A stretch of DNA of 64,000 bases, from assembly GCA_964016885.1 (NCBI GenBank), contig OZ024743.1:162254001-162318000 (forward strand). The letters are read 5' to 3'. The notes beneath the pieces were generated by a model, which saw nothing but the letters and a program-made list of their open reading frames with translations, was not told where the DNA came from and searched no databases. Of this stretch, positions 30,490 through 44,577 are shown in pieces (within the stretch, counting starts at the first letter, position 1; each line of letters opens with the position of its first letter). Source of the stretch: Eledone cirrhosa (taxonomy: Eukaryota). The translations under genes were made by a program, and so were the position numbers.

Positions 30490-30675
30490 AACAAAGAGTC
30501 AGCGTTGCATCATAACATATCTAATAACATATTACACATGTTTCCCTGTTGATTGATCGAACCTGACTGTGGAATCAGGTTCAATCAATAATAGAACATT
30601 CCTCGAGCTGATCGACAGTGGACCATATGTAATATGTTATTAGATATGTTATGATGCAAAACTGACTCTTTGTTC
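30490..30675. repeat. Imperfect fold-back of a PLE-end-like sequence (related copies ~4340-4400, ~6660-6770)
   Basis: acaaagagtcag..tgcatcataacatatctaataacatattaca is the reverse complement of tgtaatatgttattagatatgttatgatgca..ctgactctttgt. Confidence 0.8.
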
Positions 30676-30748
30676 CTTTATTCTTATACTATTATACTCT
30701 GTTCTGCGCAAGCATCGAGTGCTCACCCGGCATATATATATATATAAA

Positions 30749-30782
<34 letters not shown>

Positions 30783-31135
30783 CGCTCTCCGACAGGCTTT
30801 CGGTTGTACCCCTGGCAGTGGAGACTTCTGGTGTCCTCGGCCCCAAGGCTACCTCCCTACTCCCCACATAGGTACTGAGCTGGCCAGCCGCAGGTGTGAA
30901 CCCCGCGAGTTGGAGTGGCTTTTCCAGCGCGTCTCCCTTGCCGTCCTCCGTGGGAACGCCTTCTCTATCCTGTCCGCCGGGGCTGTGTGTGTGTTTGGGG
31001 GCTTCGCCTAACATTCCATATTTAGGTATTCAGATTAATGGTTTTTATCTACACACCACTTGTATTATAGAACTTTTGATATCCAACTTCATTCTCCCTT
31101 AGATTAATCCAAGTATTTCCACTCCTGTTAAACAT
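30783..31135 (+). mobile_element. CRE-clade-like element 3' end
   Basis: VVPLAVETSGVLGPKA..LFQRVSLAVLRGNAFSIL, homologous to the C-terminus at ~17400-17580; starts at a (GT)n tract. Confidence 0.75.
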
Positions 31136-31619
31136 ATATAGCACCGGCCGAATACAGCCAGTGTTTTCGGGGCGGGGCATCATTACGGACGATAATTTTG
31201 ATAAATTACTACCTTGAGATGATGGTTTAGTGTATTGGACGAACTAATAACTAAATTTTATTATTTTGGAATTTTGTATTAAATCATATTTGCTTTGCTT
31301 TCTAACCAATGCTTGACCTATTAATTCTACAACATTCCTTGTTTATCGTTGGTTCTCACCCCCTTTAGAGATAGCTGTATAGAAATCTCTCTTAACGCAT
31401 GACCGGCCTGGCATCCACAGGTCAGATTGTCATCTTACTCCCTCCCCTTGTTCTACAGGTAAGTTCAGCCACCCCCACCTCCGCCCGCCGCTATGAAGGA
31501 ATTTAACTGTTTCCAAAACCTTTGACCACTCCCCGTGACAAAAAAGAAAAACAACTTTTAGAATTGTTTGATATGACACTACTGCTATGTTCTCATTACA
31601 TGCCCATATATGGACTATA

Positions 31620-31810
31620 CCTCTTGATAAGTTCAGCTAGACTACTGCCGTCCTAACACTACTGCGTTAGTTCAGACCTAGCTGTCGAAACGGCCGGAGC
31701 TCAGCCGTCGGGATCCTGATTCTTTTCCTATTACCCACTCTACTACCCTAAGTATCGAGTACTCTGGTGCGTTATGGTCCACCTGGTTCCTTACCACACT
31801 TCCTTCGTTA
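31620..31810 (+). mobile_element. PLE 3' end with hammerhead-like motif (31620-31713)
   Basis: TTGATAA-g..CAGCTAG...CTAGCTG..-GAAAC-GGC..GCC-GTC-GGG, then the conserved tail shared with 6170-6302. Confidence 0.6.
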
Positions 31811-31841
31811 TATATGTGTGTGTATGTATATATATATATAT

Positions 31842-32250
31842 CCGGGAGAGATGACCCCTTAGCCTTTGTTAAGGCAGAATTCTAGGAGAAGGAAAACCCT
31901 GATATAACACCTGCAACCCTGATGGTATCCAATGATGTTGACTTGTTCTTCATTTTTGGTAAATATCATCTTGGTTAAGAGAGTGGGACTGGCTTTGTGC
32001 AGTGCCTTTGCTCACTGTAAAAGCTTCACGGCACAGGCATTGCTTTATATCTGGAGATCTCTCTTCACTTGTCATCACATGGTACCATGGGCCCAGCACT
32101 ATGTGTCAATAATTGTCACAAGTGTAGTGTTTGTACCAGAGTTTTCATGGCGCAGGCTGGACTAAAAAGTCACACTTGTTCAGCGCATCGGTAGGGGTTC
32201 TCCTACACTGATATAAAGTAGTGGCCGTACTCGAAAATGAGTTGGCAGCC
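31842..32250 (+). mobile_element. RTE-derived 5' UTR-like repeat (related to 59070-59585)
   Basis: CTAGGAGAAGGAAAACCCTGA motif; ATGATGTTGAC..TTCTT, GAGAGTGGGA and GCACAGGCATTGCTT blocks are shared with the reverse complement of 59170-59360. Confidence 0.45.
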
Positions 32251-32372
32251 ACCATATATATATATATATATATGTAAAAGGTAAACAGAAATAACAACAC
32301 AATCGGTACAGTAAATGGAAGGAATATATTAGGTTAATATATTAGGAATATATTGGAATAACAGGAAGAGGG

Positions 32373-32408
32373 TCTTAACGTTTCGGATGCTAGTCCTTCA
32401 TCAGAAGA
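32373..32408 (-). ncRNA. Minimal type I hammerhead motif
   Basis: Minus strand: TCTT-CTGATGA-a-GGA ctagca TCC-GAAAC-GTT-AAGA. Confidence 0.72.
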
Positions 32409-33485
32409 AAGAATGAGAAATAAGATAGATTGAAGAGATGGGCGGGGTGGTATTGGAAAAAATATATTTATATGAAAATAACAGGTCCATTATATATTAC
32501 GTATCAGAGAACAAATCAAATAATAATAATAATTTATAACATCCGGACAAGGTTAAATATTTTTCATTCATGGTAAAGTCGATTAAATTGACATCATTAC
32601 TTGACTCGTACTTATTTAATCAACTCCGGGGAGGAAAGTTGAAAGGCAAAATCGACTCCGGAACATAAAAGAACATAACCAAATACAGCAAGTTATTTAA
32701 TTCGTCGCTCTGCCAATTTCAACTTGGTAAAACAGCAGGAAATCTATATCACGTATCAGCCAAAATGTGATTAAAAAATGAAAAATATTGATTTTGACAA
32801 TGTTCACACTCTTTATAATTAAGCGAATGTGTTTTTATTGAGAATCTATTTACTACAAATTTCCAGGAACTAACTTCAAGATATACCGTCCGATCGACGT
32901 ATTTGTCATCTGTGTCTTTACATTGCTAGCTCTGTGGATAATCAAAGGTCAAGCGAAACATTTTGAAAAATAGGGGTGAGTATTAACATTTTTATTATAA
33001 AAAGATTTACATTTATGTATTTGTTTTGCAAGATTCTTGATGTGTTGTAACTGTAACCGATATATTTAGGGATGATCATGTTGCCTGTTTTGCCAATAAA
33101 AAAACCCATATGATTTCCACTTTATCTTTATTACTAGTTATTGGTTAGTTCGTTAAAGTTCTTTCGTCACACATTCAGTAGAGAAAGTATGGAATGAGCA
33201 AAAGGCTAATGGGCAATTAAAAAAAGTTATATCACCTCGAAAAAGATATCAAAGAAAAAACTTTACAGCATCTTGAACTGTCCTGAATAGAAAGATTACT
33301 GAGAAGAATGGATCAATAAAAACCGTCGAAATGGTTAAACACTTTCCTGAAACTGCACGCTCAAGTACTTATGTGCGCAAATACATATTCAAATTAAACA
33401 GACCAGGTCCAATCGGGGGTAACCACAGGTAGTAAGGTACTCAATGCATTAGTAGAGTATAAACATCGTGTTTAATATAGAAATG

Positions 33486-33534
33486 GGTTCTACAAGACTA
33501 GAACAGTTTCATTCAAATGAAATCATCAGGGAAG
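33486..33534 (-). ncRNA. Hammerhead motif, degenerate (family of 4085 and 60607)
   Basis: Minus strand: CTGATGA-tttcatttgaat-GAAAC-tgttctagtctt-GTA-GAA. Confidence 0.6.
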
Positions 33535-33549
33535 ATTTCCTAATTTATT

Positions 33550-33594
<45 letters not shown>

Positions 33595-33596
<2 letters not shown>

Positions 33597-33990
33597 ATTA
33601 AAGTTTTCGCTCCGACATATATGTGGATTTCAAAATTCATCGCAAAAAAGACTTTCAAAATGTTTTTCGTAAACATACCGTATATCATTAGATATACAAA
33701 ATCCATATATTTATATGTATACAGCTATGTCGAGGCGAACACTTTTATTCTATTTTCAGACTGAGCCGGTCAGACAGATCCATATGCATATGAGGTTAAT
33801 CCGCGTACATTGGCGAAATCAGTACATTGGAGAAAAAAGTATATATTTTCGCTTGTATCAAATTCCAGCAGAGAGCACTGTCCTGATGACGGCCATAAGC
33901 CAGAAACGCGTCGATAGTTATTCCCAACAGCTTTCAAAATGTTTATCCGTAAATATACCGTATATTATTTGATATACAAAACTCATATAT
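33595..33990 (+). mobile_element. Tandem PLE pseudo-LTR pair with hammerhead at 33877-33918
   Basis: Direct repeat ctttcaaaatgttt..cgtaaa.ataccgtatat at ~33652-33710 and ~33931-33990; ACTGTC-CTGATGA-c-GGC cataa GCC-a-GAAAC-GC-GTC-GATAGT. Confidence 0.75.
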
Positions 33991-34084
33991 GTGTAGGGTG
34001 GTACAGTACACGGACTCATTTACCTAACGGTTACGGTGGCGTGCTTACCTTTTTGACCGCGCCACGGCCACGGACTGCATCACA

Positions 34085-34445
34085 CCTGACGCTGACCCTT
34101 CGAACCTAAAGGGTTACTTCAAATGTTAAATATGTTAAAGATGTTAAATATGCTGCGGGAGGTTCGATAGTAGATGTAAATACCATGCTTGCAATTCCGG
34201 AATGCAATATAGAAAACCATCGCAAAGTATATGGAAAATAGGGTCGGTGCTGGAATTTTACTCCATTTTTCACAGAGATAAGCTCCGACATGTTACCTCT
34301 GATATTAACCCAAGCCTTCATGTCATCATGGAAAGACCTAACCAAAGCAAGAAACTTATCAGGGCAACCAAGTTTCTGGAGAACCTTCCACAATGCATTT
34401 CTGTTAACTGTATCGAAGGTTTTTGTCAGATCGACAAAAACCTGA
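34085..34445 (-). mobile_element. RTE/BovB-like LINE RT fragment
   Basis: FVDLTKTFDTVNRNALWKVLQKLGCPDKFLALVRSFHDDM..VKNGVK..PTLFSIYF. Confidence 0.85.
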
Positions 34446-36011
34446 TATATACATAGACTAACTAGCCAAAATATCTGTAGAAATTATATTATTATATTTT
34501 TAAAGATTAATTCAGGATTGAACGTTGTATATATACATAGATTTATTTAATAAACTCAGCTCACATCTACAAATAGTTTATGAAAAATCAATCAAAAGTG
34601 GCTACTTTTTTTTTTTCTGTGATATACATTGATCTTTCGTTCTCTCATTTACATTGATCTTTCGTTCTCCCGTCTACATTGAAATTAAGCAAAATATAAA
34701 CGTATTCTTGGTTCAATCGTAGATTAATTCTGAAATCATTTAATGTAAATATGTCATTCGTAAATAATAAATGAAATTATATACTAACAAATAAAATTAC
34801 ATAACACATGAAATTACATAAATTTATAAAACGGTCAGTACGCATTGATTAAAGGTCGACAAACCCGCAGTTGGGAAATAATTAAGCAGATTCTTCCAAT
34901 CAATAGTGTCCGCAGTATGAACAAGTAAGCAATAATCCTGTAAAAAAATTGCATTTCGATAGTTGAGTATAAGATTCGAAGACTGTTTTACTTACTGGTA
35001 AACACGTTGTAAACACTAGCTCACATGCGTGTGGTTTCCTTTCCTTGTTCTTTCTATTGCCACTACAATACCCTCTGCTCCTCTCAACTAACGATTTGAA
35101 TATCCATTCCACCCATGTCCATTCAGTCTTTTTACTCTGCTCTTCTCCACAGTGTTTTCATATGACAACAATTTCCCTGAAACTATCGATCTACTGCTCA
35201 AAATTAAGTATCAGCAGTATCGATTTCTTCAAACTGAGAGGGCGTATAAAGGCTAGGGGCACTACTGTCATACCTTCTCTGTCGTATGTGAAAAATAAAT
35301 GCTTTAAGGGCGATGGATTTTCAAACTTGATACAGTGTCGGATAAAATACCTTATGTTAGTTATTTAGTTCGAAACCCACAGCGATCGACTTGAATATAA
35401 GTATCAGTTAAATACTGGATTAATATAATCGACTGTATCTTCCTCTAAAATGTGATACCATATATCTATGTTTACAGCTACATAATTCAACTCATCCATG
35501 TTGGATATCACCTTTAAGTTGGTTTCTGTTCAATTGTTTGTGATATATATATATATAGGGGGGGGGGGGGGGTCGGAAATGGTTATTTAACAAGAACAGC
35601 AAAATTCTAGCTGTCTCATTAAATACTTTCATGCTGCATGGTCCATTGAACCCACTTATGTTTCTCTTCCTCGTTCTGTTATTATGTGGTATATGTTCTT
35701 TGTGTACTATATTATCACTGAAGTTACTTTTTGTGAGTGTGTTGTTATAATATGGGTTGGCATGATTGAAAATATTGGAAATTGGAAATTCATCTGTTTA
35801 TGCCATCTAAAACATTCATATTTATGAAGGGGAATTTCCAATCTATCCTTTGACAGTTTTTTTTCATCATTGTCTTTTGTTTCTCCAGACACTGTGAAAG
35901 TTTGTTGAATATATGTGTGTTAAAATTTTTAGATGATCTCTCTCTCTCTATAAATATATATATATATGCGTGTGTGTGTGTGTGTGTGTGTACGTGTGTG
36001 TGTGTGTGTGT

Positions 36012-36067
<56 letters not shown>

Positions 36068-36277
36068 TTTGTTTTATTACTTTGGTTCTTGTGTGTCTCT
36101 GTATGCCTTCATCTGGTTGGGTCTTCCAGCGATTACCCTTATATTTAATTGCCACCACAAATCAGGAAACATGACCATCTGTGGTTTCCATTGCTATTTC
36201 CATCTACATATATACGATAGAATATATACAATTATATCAACACAAAACACTATCTTCAAAATAATGTTTTCGTTCTA

Positions 36278-36335
<58 letters not shown>

Positions 36336-36374
36336 GGTGTGTGGGTGTGTGTGTGTGTGTGTGTATATATATAT

Positions 36375-36900
36375 TTATTAAAATAACAGATTAAAGTTTA
36401 AGCAAAGAATCGCTGCTTTCACCCTTAACGGGATCTTCTGAAACTAAAAAAGTCAATATGTGAACGCAGAAGTAAATATTTCAAAAAATGTTGCAACCGA
36501 AGGAAGACAGGAAGACGATACTTTGGTTCGTGGAAACGTTCCCTGGCAAAGAACGGAAAAAAAACGAAGATAATACGTCATTATTTGGTGCAGTGAAAAC
36601 AATTAATTACACGCAAAGACAAAACCACGTTTATGGTATAAATGAAGTCGTAGATTAATATTCTATTAGGTGGTTCATGGAAACGTTCTCTGGCAGTGAA
36701 CGGAAAAAACGAAGATAATACGTCATTATGTGGAACGGTGAGAACAATTACACGCAAAGACAAAACCACGTAAATGGTATAACTGAAGTCGTAGACTAAA
36801 ATTCTATTTAGGAAACCGAATGATTCTCGGCTTCAGAGTTAAGAATAAAGCAAATAAAATACAGAGGTAATTGAAATTGAATATACTAAGACTAATATTA
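36375..36900 (-). mobile_element. Isolated copy of the PLE 3' terminal repeat found at 39640-40142, opposite orientation
   Basis: Reverse complement matches 39640-40142 over ~500 bp, including an internal ~142-bp duplication. Confidence 0.8.
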
Positions 36901-36904
36901 GAAA

Positions 36905-37175
36905 CTAAGTTTTTAAAAACTCCCATTAATGGTTGGCATCCTCTGCACTGAAATTGGAGACTGAAGGACTGATTATATCAGCACAAGATCAGTGTCTACC
37001 AACAAAAAACTATCAAGCCATTATGCCGTGTATGTAAAAAAAACCAGTGACCGTTGATCATATAATTTCAATGTGCAGTCCTATAGCTCCAACCAAATAC
37101 CTTAATAGGCACAACAGAGCGGCACAATACATACATTGGATAATGTGTAAGCATTCTGACTTGCCCCATCAAAAG
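36905..37175 (+). mobile_element. R4/Dong-like non-LTR fragment (zinc-finger region)
   Basis: LKLETEGLIISAQDQCLPTKNYQ..CRVC..TVDHIISMC..YLNRHNRAAQYIHWIMCK. Confidence 0.8.
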
Positions 37176-37984
37176 AATTGAGGTCAAAGCGCTTGAAGAT
37201 TAGGTTACAATTTTGATCCCTCTTACAATCTGGCGATATGGCCAATATTGGGCCTTGAAACCTTAGGTAGCGCTTTTGTTCCGTGTATGCACGTATATAG
37301 ATAATATCAGCTCTCATCCCTGATTCAGCACTGTTTTCCTTTTACATACATACCTACCTCCATACAGCCATACATTCATACATTCATGATTAAAGTAGAA
37401 GGCATATGCCCAGTGTACCACGCTGTGGGAATGAAACCAGAACCTCGTTGTGCAAAGCGAACTTCTTAACAACGCAGCCATATGTGCGTGATACAAAATT
37501 CACTTTGTCATGGAAATTGTAGATTAAATATTGATTTATCGGGATTTTTTTTTTCCTGTCATAACAAAATTTGAAGATAATCATAATAAAAATGAGAGAG
37601 AAAATTATGAATATATAATTTCTTTTTTGCTTTTCTAGTTTTCTTTTGACTGAATAGTTTTTATATATTCTATTTATCTACATTATTTATTGCGGCGAAC
37701 AACCAGTTCCTGTAACACACAATCATAAATAACCTGCTACACATAATAGAGAAAATTCTGAAAAATCGTTTTATGAATATAGGATAAACTTTGTTTTCTC
37801 AAAATGGCTGCTCTCCTGTTAATATAAAATGGCAGTTGTTGATATTTTCTTTTTAATCCCTAGGTTAATAAAAAATGATAGGATGTCATATGCCACAGAT
37901 TTAATTGATATTCCTTACACTATTTCCGATAAAATAAAGTAACTGGTCAAGTACTGAGCTTACATTCAATTGACTGTCTATTAT

Positions 37985-38380
37985 TTTCTCTTTATGGTCT
38001 GAGTTCAAATCCCGCCGAGGTTAACTTTGCCTTTCATCCTTACGGGGTCGATGAAATAAAGTACCAGTAATACACTGGGATAATTGCTGGCCTTGTGCCC
38101 AAAGTAGAAACAATTATTCTCCAAACGTGTACCTAGTAGTTATGTCAGAAATCATTGAAGGTGGGGGAAGTGGCAGAATCGTTAGAGCGTCGGACAAAAT
38201 GATTTGCGCTGTTCGTTCCGATTCTTTATGTTCTAAGTTTAAATTTCGCTGAGGCCAACTTCGCCTTTCTTCCTTTCAGGGTGGATAAAATATAGTATCA
38301 GTCAAATACTGGAGTCTAATTAATTGACTTTTCCCTTTCCCCAAATTACTGGCTTTGTGTCTAAAGTAGAAATCATTATT
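37985..38380 (+). mobile_element. Two SINE family A copies
   Basis: GAGTTCAAATCCCGCCGAGGTTAACTTTGCCTTTCATCC at ~38000; older copy from ~38158 with A box TGGCAGAATCG. Confidence 0.8.
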
Positions 38381-38779
38381 ACGCTATCACATCACCGGAG
38401 ATTGGATTTTTGAATTCGCTTGTGTACGACACACCTATTAATTGACCATTCCAAGCCTTATTTGAAACTTAGTTAATCTTCGTGATGACTAATAACGAAG
38501 GTTGTGTTATAAATCAGGATACGTATGTACAAAGTATAACACGTGAGAGATATAATCTACCTCAGCGTAGATTATAGGAAAATTATATTTAAATTAAATT
38601 ATAGTATTCACTATAACAAAGTAGTAAATCTTGATGTGGGGAAATAATAAAGATCGCTAACATGGATATAGGATTGTCAATGTTGGAGAAGAAAATAGAA
38701 GACTAAATCGATCTAAGTACAAAATGTAACTGAAACGACGTCGATCCTTATGTCATTAATTTAATAATATATATATATA

Positions 38780-40139
38780 AACCACACCCAATATAAGTTA
38801 CACTGGGAGATCCTAGCTAGGGCTAGATCGTATAACGGAAATAAAAGACCTCTGCGCCACTGAGGCCCTGGAAATACTCTACGCCAAAGACCACATCTTA
38901 AACAAAAAATCTGAGGCAATTTCGGCTTGTAAACATAAATTGCACAAAACTTTCCTGTATTACAGCCCCACATTATACCCTAACGGATAGTACGAACTAT
39001 ACGCGGATATTTTACGTCTTGATGCGGTAGCTAAGTATATGTTATGCTTATACCATTACTTTTTGTATAGGTAAGTATATATTACCTGTATGTTTTGTGA
39101 AGGTACGTATACTTTTTCGTACGTATATTTGATTGTATATGTTATGGCGTATATATTATATATTCTGGTACATATGCATTTGGTTATGTGTATACGCGAG
39201 TTCTGCGTCTGTGTGAGTATGCGGGTTCGTACGTATGTAGGGTGTATGTATATGAGTCCTTTGTGTTTTGGCTGACGTACGTCTCAGAACATATGTGTAT
39301 TTACATGTAGGTATGTGTGCGCGCGCGTTATATACGTATTTATTTATTTATATACGTTTATTTAATTATAGGTATACACGCACACACACACTATATGTAT
39401 ACACGCACACACACACACACACACACGCACATATATATATATATATATTTTTATATATATTTTTGTGTATTTGTTTATACATTCGTATGTGTGCGGGTAC
39501 AGGGGTTGCGCGGGTTCTCTATGTGCGGGCGGGTTTTTTTTGGGGGGGGGGGGGGGGTACGTGCTTGTATTTGTATACCTATAGCGAGTGTTTTCGCGTA
39601 TGCTTGTGTATGTACGTATATGGTTGCGTGTATGTATTTATTTAATTTCAATTACCTCTGTATTTTATTTACTTTATTCTTAACTCTGAAGCCGAGATTC
39701 ATTCGGTCTCCTAGTTAGAAATTGAGCCTACGACTTCAGTTATACCATTTACGTGGTTTTGTCTTTACGTGCAATTGTTCTCCCCGCTCCACATAATGAC
39801 GTATTATCTTCGTTTTTTTCCGTTCATTGCCAGAGAACGTTTCCATGAACCACCTAATAGAATATTGGTCTACGACTTCTTTTATACCATAAACGTGGTT
39901 TTGTCTTTGCGTGTAATTGTTTTCACCGCACCAAATAATGACGTATTATCTTCGTTTTTTTTCGTTCTTTGCCAGGGAACGATTCCACGAAGCAAAGTAT
40001 CGTCTTCCTGTCTTCCTTCGGTTGCAACGTTTTTTGAAATATTTACTTCTGCGTTCAGAGGATTGACTTTTTTAGTTTCAGAAGGTCCCGTTAAGGGTGA
40101 AAGCAGCAATTCTTTGCTTAAACTTTAATCTTTTATTTT

Positions 40140-40142
<3 letters not shown>
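38780..40142 (+). mobile_element. Naiad-like PLE 3' fragment (endonuclease C-terminus plus 3' UTR) between (TA)n tracts
   Basis: YKLHWEILARARSYN..DLCATEALEILYAKDHILNKKSEAISACKH parallels WSRLSAAKTYS..CRLCNLELLYIL..LNNKLE..CRH at 28418-28620. Confidence 0.8.
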
Positions 40143-40186
<44 letters not shown>

Positions 40187-41907
40187 TGTATATATAGTAT
40201 ATAGTGGCCATCATCTATACAGGCCTACTAGACACATCCGTCTCATCTGCTCTGTCACGTCTGCTGTTTCAGCTGATAGATCTTACACTAAGAACTTTCA
40301 TCAAAATTCTCTAATTAAATGTTTCGAGGCCCTCGTCCCTCCCCCATCCTAGGTATTCAAACTGAACAACAGCTACATCTGACCAATCTAAAAGATCCTC
40401 TACTTTGCCTTCAGCTATTAATAAAGAATAATAGAAATCCAAAATAATGTAACGGTTATATTATAAATATTGAGAGGTTTCCCTGTAGCTATATATATGT
40501 GTGTTTGTGTAGCTATATATGTACATGTGTTTGTGTGTGTATGTGTGTGTGTGTGCGCACGTACGTGTGTGGATAGTGTGTGTGTGTGTATTAGTTAAGT
40601 ATTATTTTCTAGCATGTGCTTAAGGCCACACATTTTGTCGATTAAATCTTATATACAACATATTTTATTGTCCATGGAAGGATGAAAGACAATGTCAGCA
40701 CTATTAGAATTGGAACTTAGATCATAAAGGAGCGAAATTAAACAACACAAAGCATTTCATTCTATGCTCCTGCAATTATGTCATCAACCTCTTCTCCGTT
40801 AGTTAGTTAACTATAGCTTTGATAGAAGGAGCAAAAAAAGAGAGAGAAAGAGAAAGAACGAGAGCAACAGAAAAGATGTCACTTAAATATTGCATAATGT
40901 AATAGAAACTCGGATTCATATAGATATTTAATTTACATTAATACCAGCTATGGACGGGTGTAAATGAAGTGTTTGCAGTATTATCCAAATTGAAAAATGA
41001 AGTATGAAAAATATTTTCGATTCTAAAAATACCCACAACTAAACTTCGACCAAATACCAACGAGCTACGAAGGAGACCCTACGTAATCATTCGACCTACT
41101 ATGTAGTGAGTTCATGAGAACGGCAAGCTCCAATAAATAAAAAAAATGCCAGAACTTTGAGCATCAGGTTTATTAATTTATGGTAATCGGCTATCAAGTG
41201 ATATTCTAGATGCCAGTTATTCAACGTACGTGTATGAATCGATTCTCTTCATATTATCACTCAATTACTTCACATTTTTCGTCACCCTATCCACTAAATC
41301 ATTGGAACTCTCATTACGTATACTGTGAGAAAAAAAAGTAAACACAAAACACAAATTAGCTGGACGAATGAGGATATTACTTCAAACTCAGCCATCATCA
41401 TACATTTTTTTAAAATAATAATTTATAAGCCTCCCATTTAGAATTATATTCCAGGCTCGTATATGTCAACGAAAAATTAGTACGCTTGACGGTTTCATAG
41501 TAAACAGACATATTAATATTCAAAAGCTGTGATGAATATAATTTCACTTGTGATTATTAATCCATCTGTTATAGCACTAGCAAATCGTGAAAACCTGTAA
41601 ATTAATTTAAAAGTTGATTTAGGTTCTGATTCTACTGTATTATAAATATCTGACCTTGCTCTAACTAGAGAATTGCAACACTTAGTTGTTGCATTTAATT
41701 CTGTTCCATTTTTGACTAAACACAAAAGCCATACATATTAAGTGAAGGGAACGTAGAAGGTTATTTTCGTACCTACCACAAAAGTCTTAAGAGTGTGGTA
41801 GTGTTCGTGTTACGTTTAGTAGTGTTGTTTTTAAGAAGGTGGTCGAACGACTATGTAGATACACCATCATTGGCGTTCGTTATGCGGAGTTGTAGTATTG
41901 ATGGTGG

Positions 41908-41918
41908 GGTGTTGTTGT

Positions 41919-41950
<32 letters not shown>

Positions 41951-41982
41951 TTGTTGTAGTAGTAGTAGTAGTAGTAGTAATG

Positions 41983-42015
<33 letters not shown>
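41908..42015. repeat. Compound trinucleotide microsatellite (GTT/GCT/GTA/GGT)
   Basis: Direct observation. Confidence 0.95.
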
Positions 42016-42179
42016 TAGAGGAGCAGGGAAGCACAAGCATATATTTTAGAGGAGTCGAAGTCCAGTGCAATAGCGACAGAAAAGACACAGAAAAGGAACA
42101 GTAGTTCTGATTGTTCCTGATTGTAGTTCCTGATTGTAGTGTATTGGTGAATGTATTTGCCAATCAGTGAGGTGGCTTA

Positions 42180-42960
42180 TTTTTATGTTCTCTGAGTTGT
42201 TTGTGTCTGTAACAGTAGCAATGCCCTAGAGATAGATGTAAGTAATATGGGTCTTACTTGAGTTTTGTAGAGAGCCAGTAACTGATCAAAGCTGATGTAT
42301 TTTCTAAGTAAGAGAATGATGCCTTGTATTTAGGGTATAGTTTGTATGTAATAGACTCGTAACTCCTGATGGAATGACGTACTCCAGATTAGAATACAGC
42401 TTAGGTGGCGTTATATATGTGAAGTCATCATGATAGATTTTAGGACCTAGTATTTGTAGAGATTTTGAGGGTTTTAATTGTATGTTGTTGGCGTATTTAG
42501 CCGAGCCTTGAAGGACACTACTATTGATATTATGAGATACGCTGCAATGAGGTGTTGTTATAGGAAACTTTCCATCGAAGAGATGAGAAATGTGTGGAAG
42601 CCCGAAGCGAATAACTTTGCCAGGTTTTCATGCCAGACACGGTAAGAGATTTGCAAATGTCAAGAGTAACATTTTTTTCGCTTTGTGCCCGAAATCTAGA
42701 TATCAATCGTACTGATGTGTGGCATAGACAAGGAAGTCTAATTTGACAAGAACAATGCTGATGATCACTGAGAAAGAAACGATACGTATGATGATACATA
42801 AAGTAGTCAATTATAATTGTCTCCATCCTCTTTGATATTTTGGAAGTAAACCTACTGCATTGATAATTGCTTGTGTTGCTCTTATGGATGAGATATACTG
42901 TCATGTGTGTCCATAGTTTCAATTAGAGACGTCGAAAAATTTGAAGAATTTGGTAAGAAT
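42180..42960 (-). mobile_element. Old CR1/Jockey-group LINE RT fragment
   Basis: W..TVYLIHK..SNY..SKISKRMETII..LSDHQH..VTLDI / RVWHENLAKL..G and LLALYKTQVRPIL. Confidence 0.65.
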
Positions 42961-43174
42961 AAAAGTTATTTCAGAAACATAGAACTCCTGATTTATAGCA
43001 AACACAGTATGTGTGTGAATATGAAACATGCGGATTTGAGAAGATTACATTGGTGGCTTTATCTGCAGGTATGCTAAATACAGAGGGATCTTGACGGGGA
43101 GCTGTCGGTAGAAAAATTCCACAAACTCGTTCATTTTCTCTTTACAAGGAAACAAAAGCAAGGTTGCAGAATGG

Positions 43175-43271
<97 letters not shown>

Positions 43272-44577
43272 TGAAAGGTCGCCTAGTGCACGAAGAAATT
43301 ATTTCCGTTTTCTGAGAGTGCTGTAGGCAATGGCCTTCACCTGTACTGATACAGCTCAGTGAACCACTTGAAGGTTGTTGAGTTATGAAGTTTGTGTGAG
43401 TGAGTGATACAAAGGAGGAGAAAGATGGTTCCAGTCACACCCATAGTTGTCTTGAATGGGCCAGGAGTGAAGCACATTTGTCATCAGAGGATTTCAGCGT
43501 AGACTTGGCGAGGCACCGACTAATTAGCTAATTTGAAGTACTATGGGATTCGTAATGTAAGAGTTGTTGTTCCCTAAATGGAATATTTTGCCTTTATTAG
43601 TTAAGGATCAGAAGATCAAAATGTTGTTATTGTTGTTGTTGTTGTTGCTGTTACTGTTGTTATTGTTGTTGTCGTTTAGACCCAACTCAGCCACATTCGG
43701 AAAAACCATGATCTAAGACGTTTCCGTAATAACGATTCTGCCCTTATTCCAGGCAACATATCGAGAACTTCATTATACCATGTAACCTTACTTCTTGCCA
43801 TCGGTGGTGCTATTTTAAGACGACAGAGAAAAATGTAGCTAGTGCGGTGGTACGTATAGCACTAATGTTGGAGTCGACACAAAAGAAAACAAAAACAACC
43901 CCAAAGTACGATAAGCTTAGTGAAGGTGAGGTATATGATCAGTATCTCCACATGTGTGTGTGTAGGTGTATATATGTTGGATCTTCATGCGGTTCCGACG
44001 ACGAGTATTCCAGTTGATTTGATCAGCGGAACAGCCTGATCGTGAGATAAACGTGCCAGTGGCTGAGCATGCCACAGTTACATGTATCTTTAACGTAGTT
44101 CCCAGGAGTATTCAGTGTGGAAGAGACTCGAAGAAATGACGAAAATAGTTGGTGACGACTGTTTCTTTTGCGTTTGTGATTTTTTAAGTTGTTGTTGTTA
44201 TTGCTGTTGTTGTAGTGCTGGCTTTTTAGCCCCGGGTCAATTTTCATTGAGCAGACTTCTGATCAAAAGCATGACAGCAGTGACTTCACGTTTTTAGGAG
44301 TATCTCCTTACATTTAGGGCTATGCTCTCCGTAATTAAGACGACGCGTAATATGGAGTTTTGGCTGCATTTCTAGCAGGTAGAGCAACAATGTATAGGCT
44401 TCCTGCTGAGCACATTAAGTCGGTAGTTGCCAATGTCAGAAAAGCTGCCCTTCTTGGAAATAACACTGTAGGGTGTTTCCAAAGATTGGCACACTTTTAG
44501 TGAATGAGAGATTGACGGGTACAGCAACAGTAGCTGTACAGCTGTACAGAAATGTACTTTTTGAAGGTTTTGAAAAG

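Noticed and set aside
41867-42163. Poly-L/poly-Q ORF
   Set aside because: Compound trinucleotide microsatellite next to a LINE fragment
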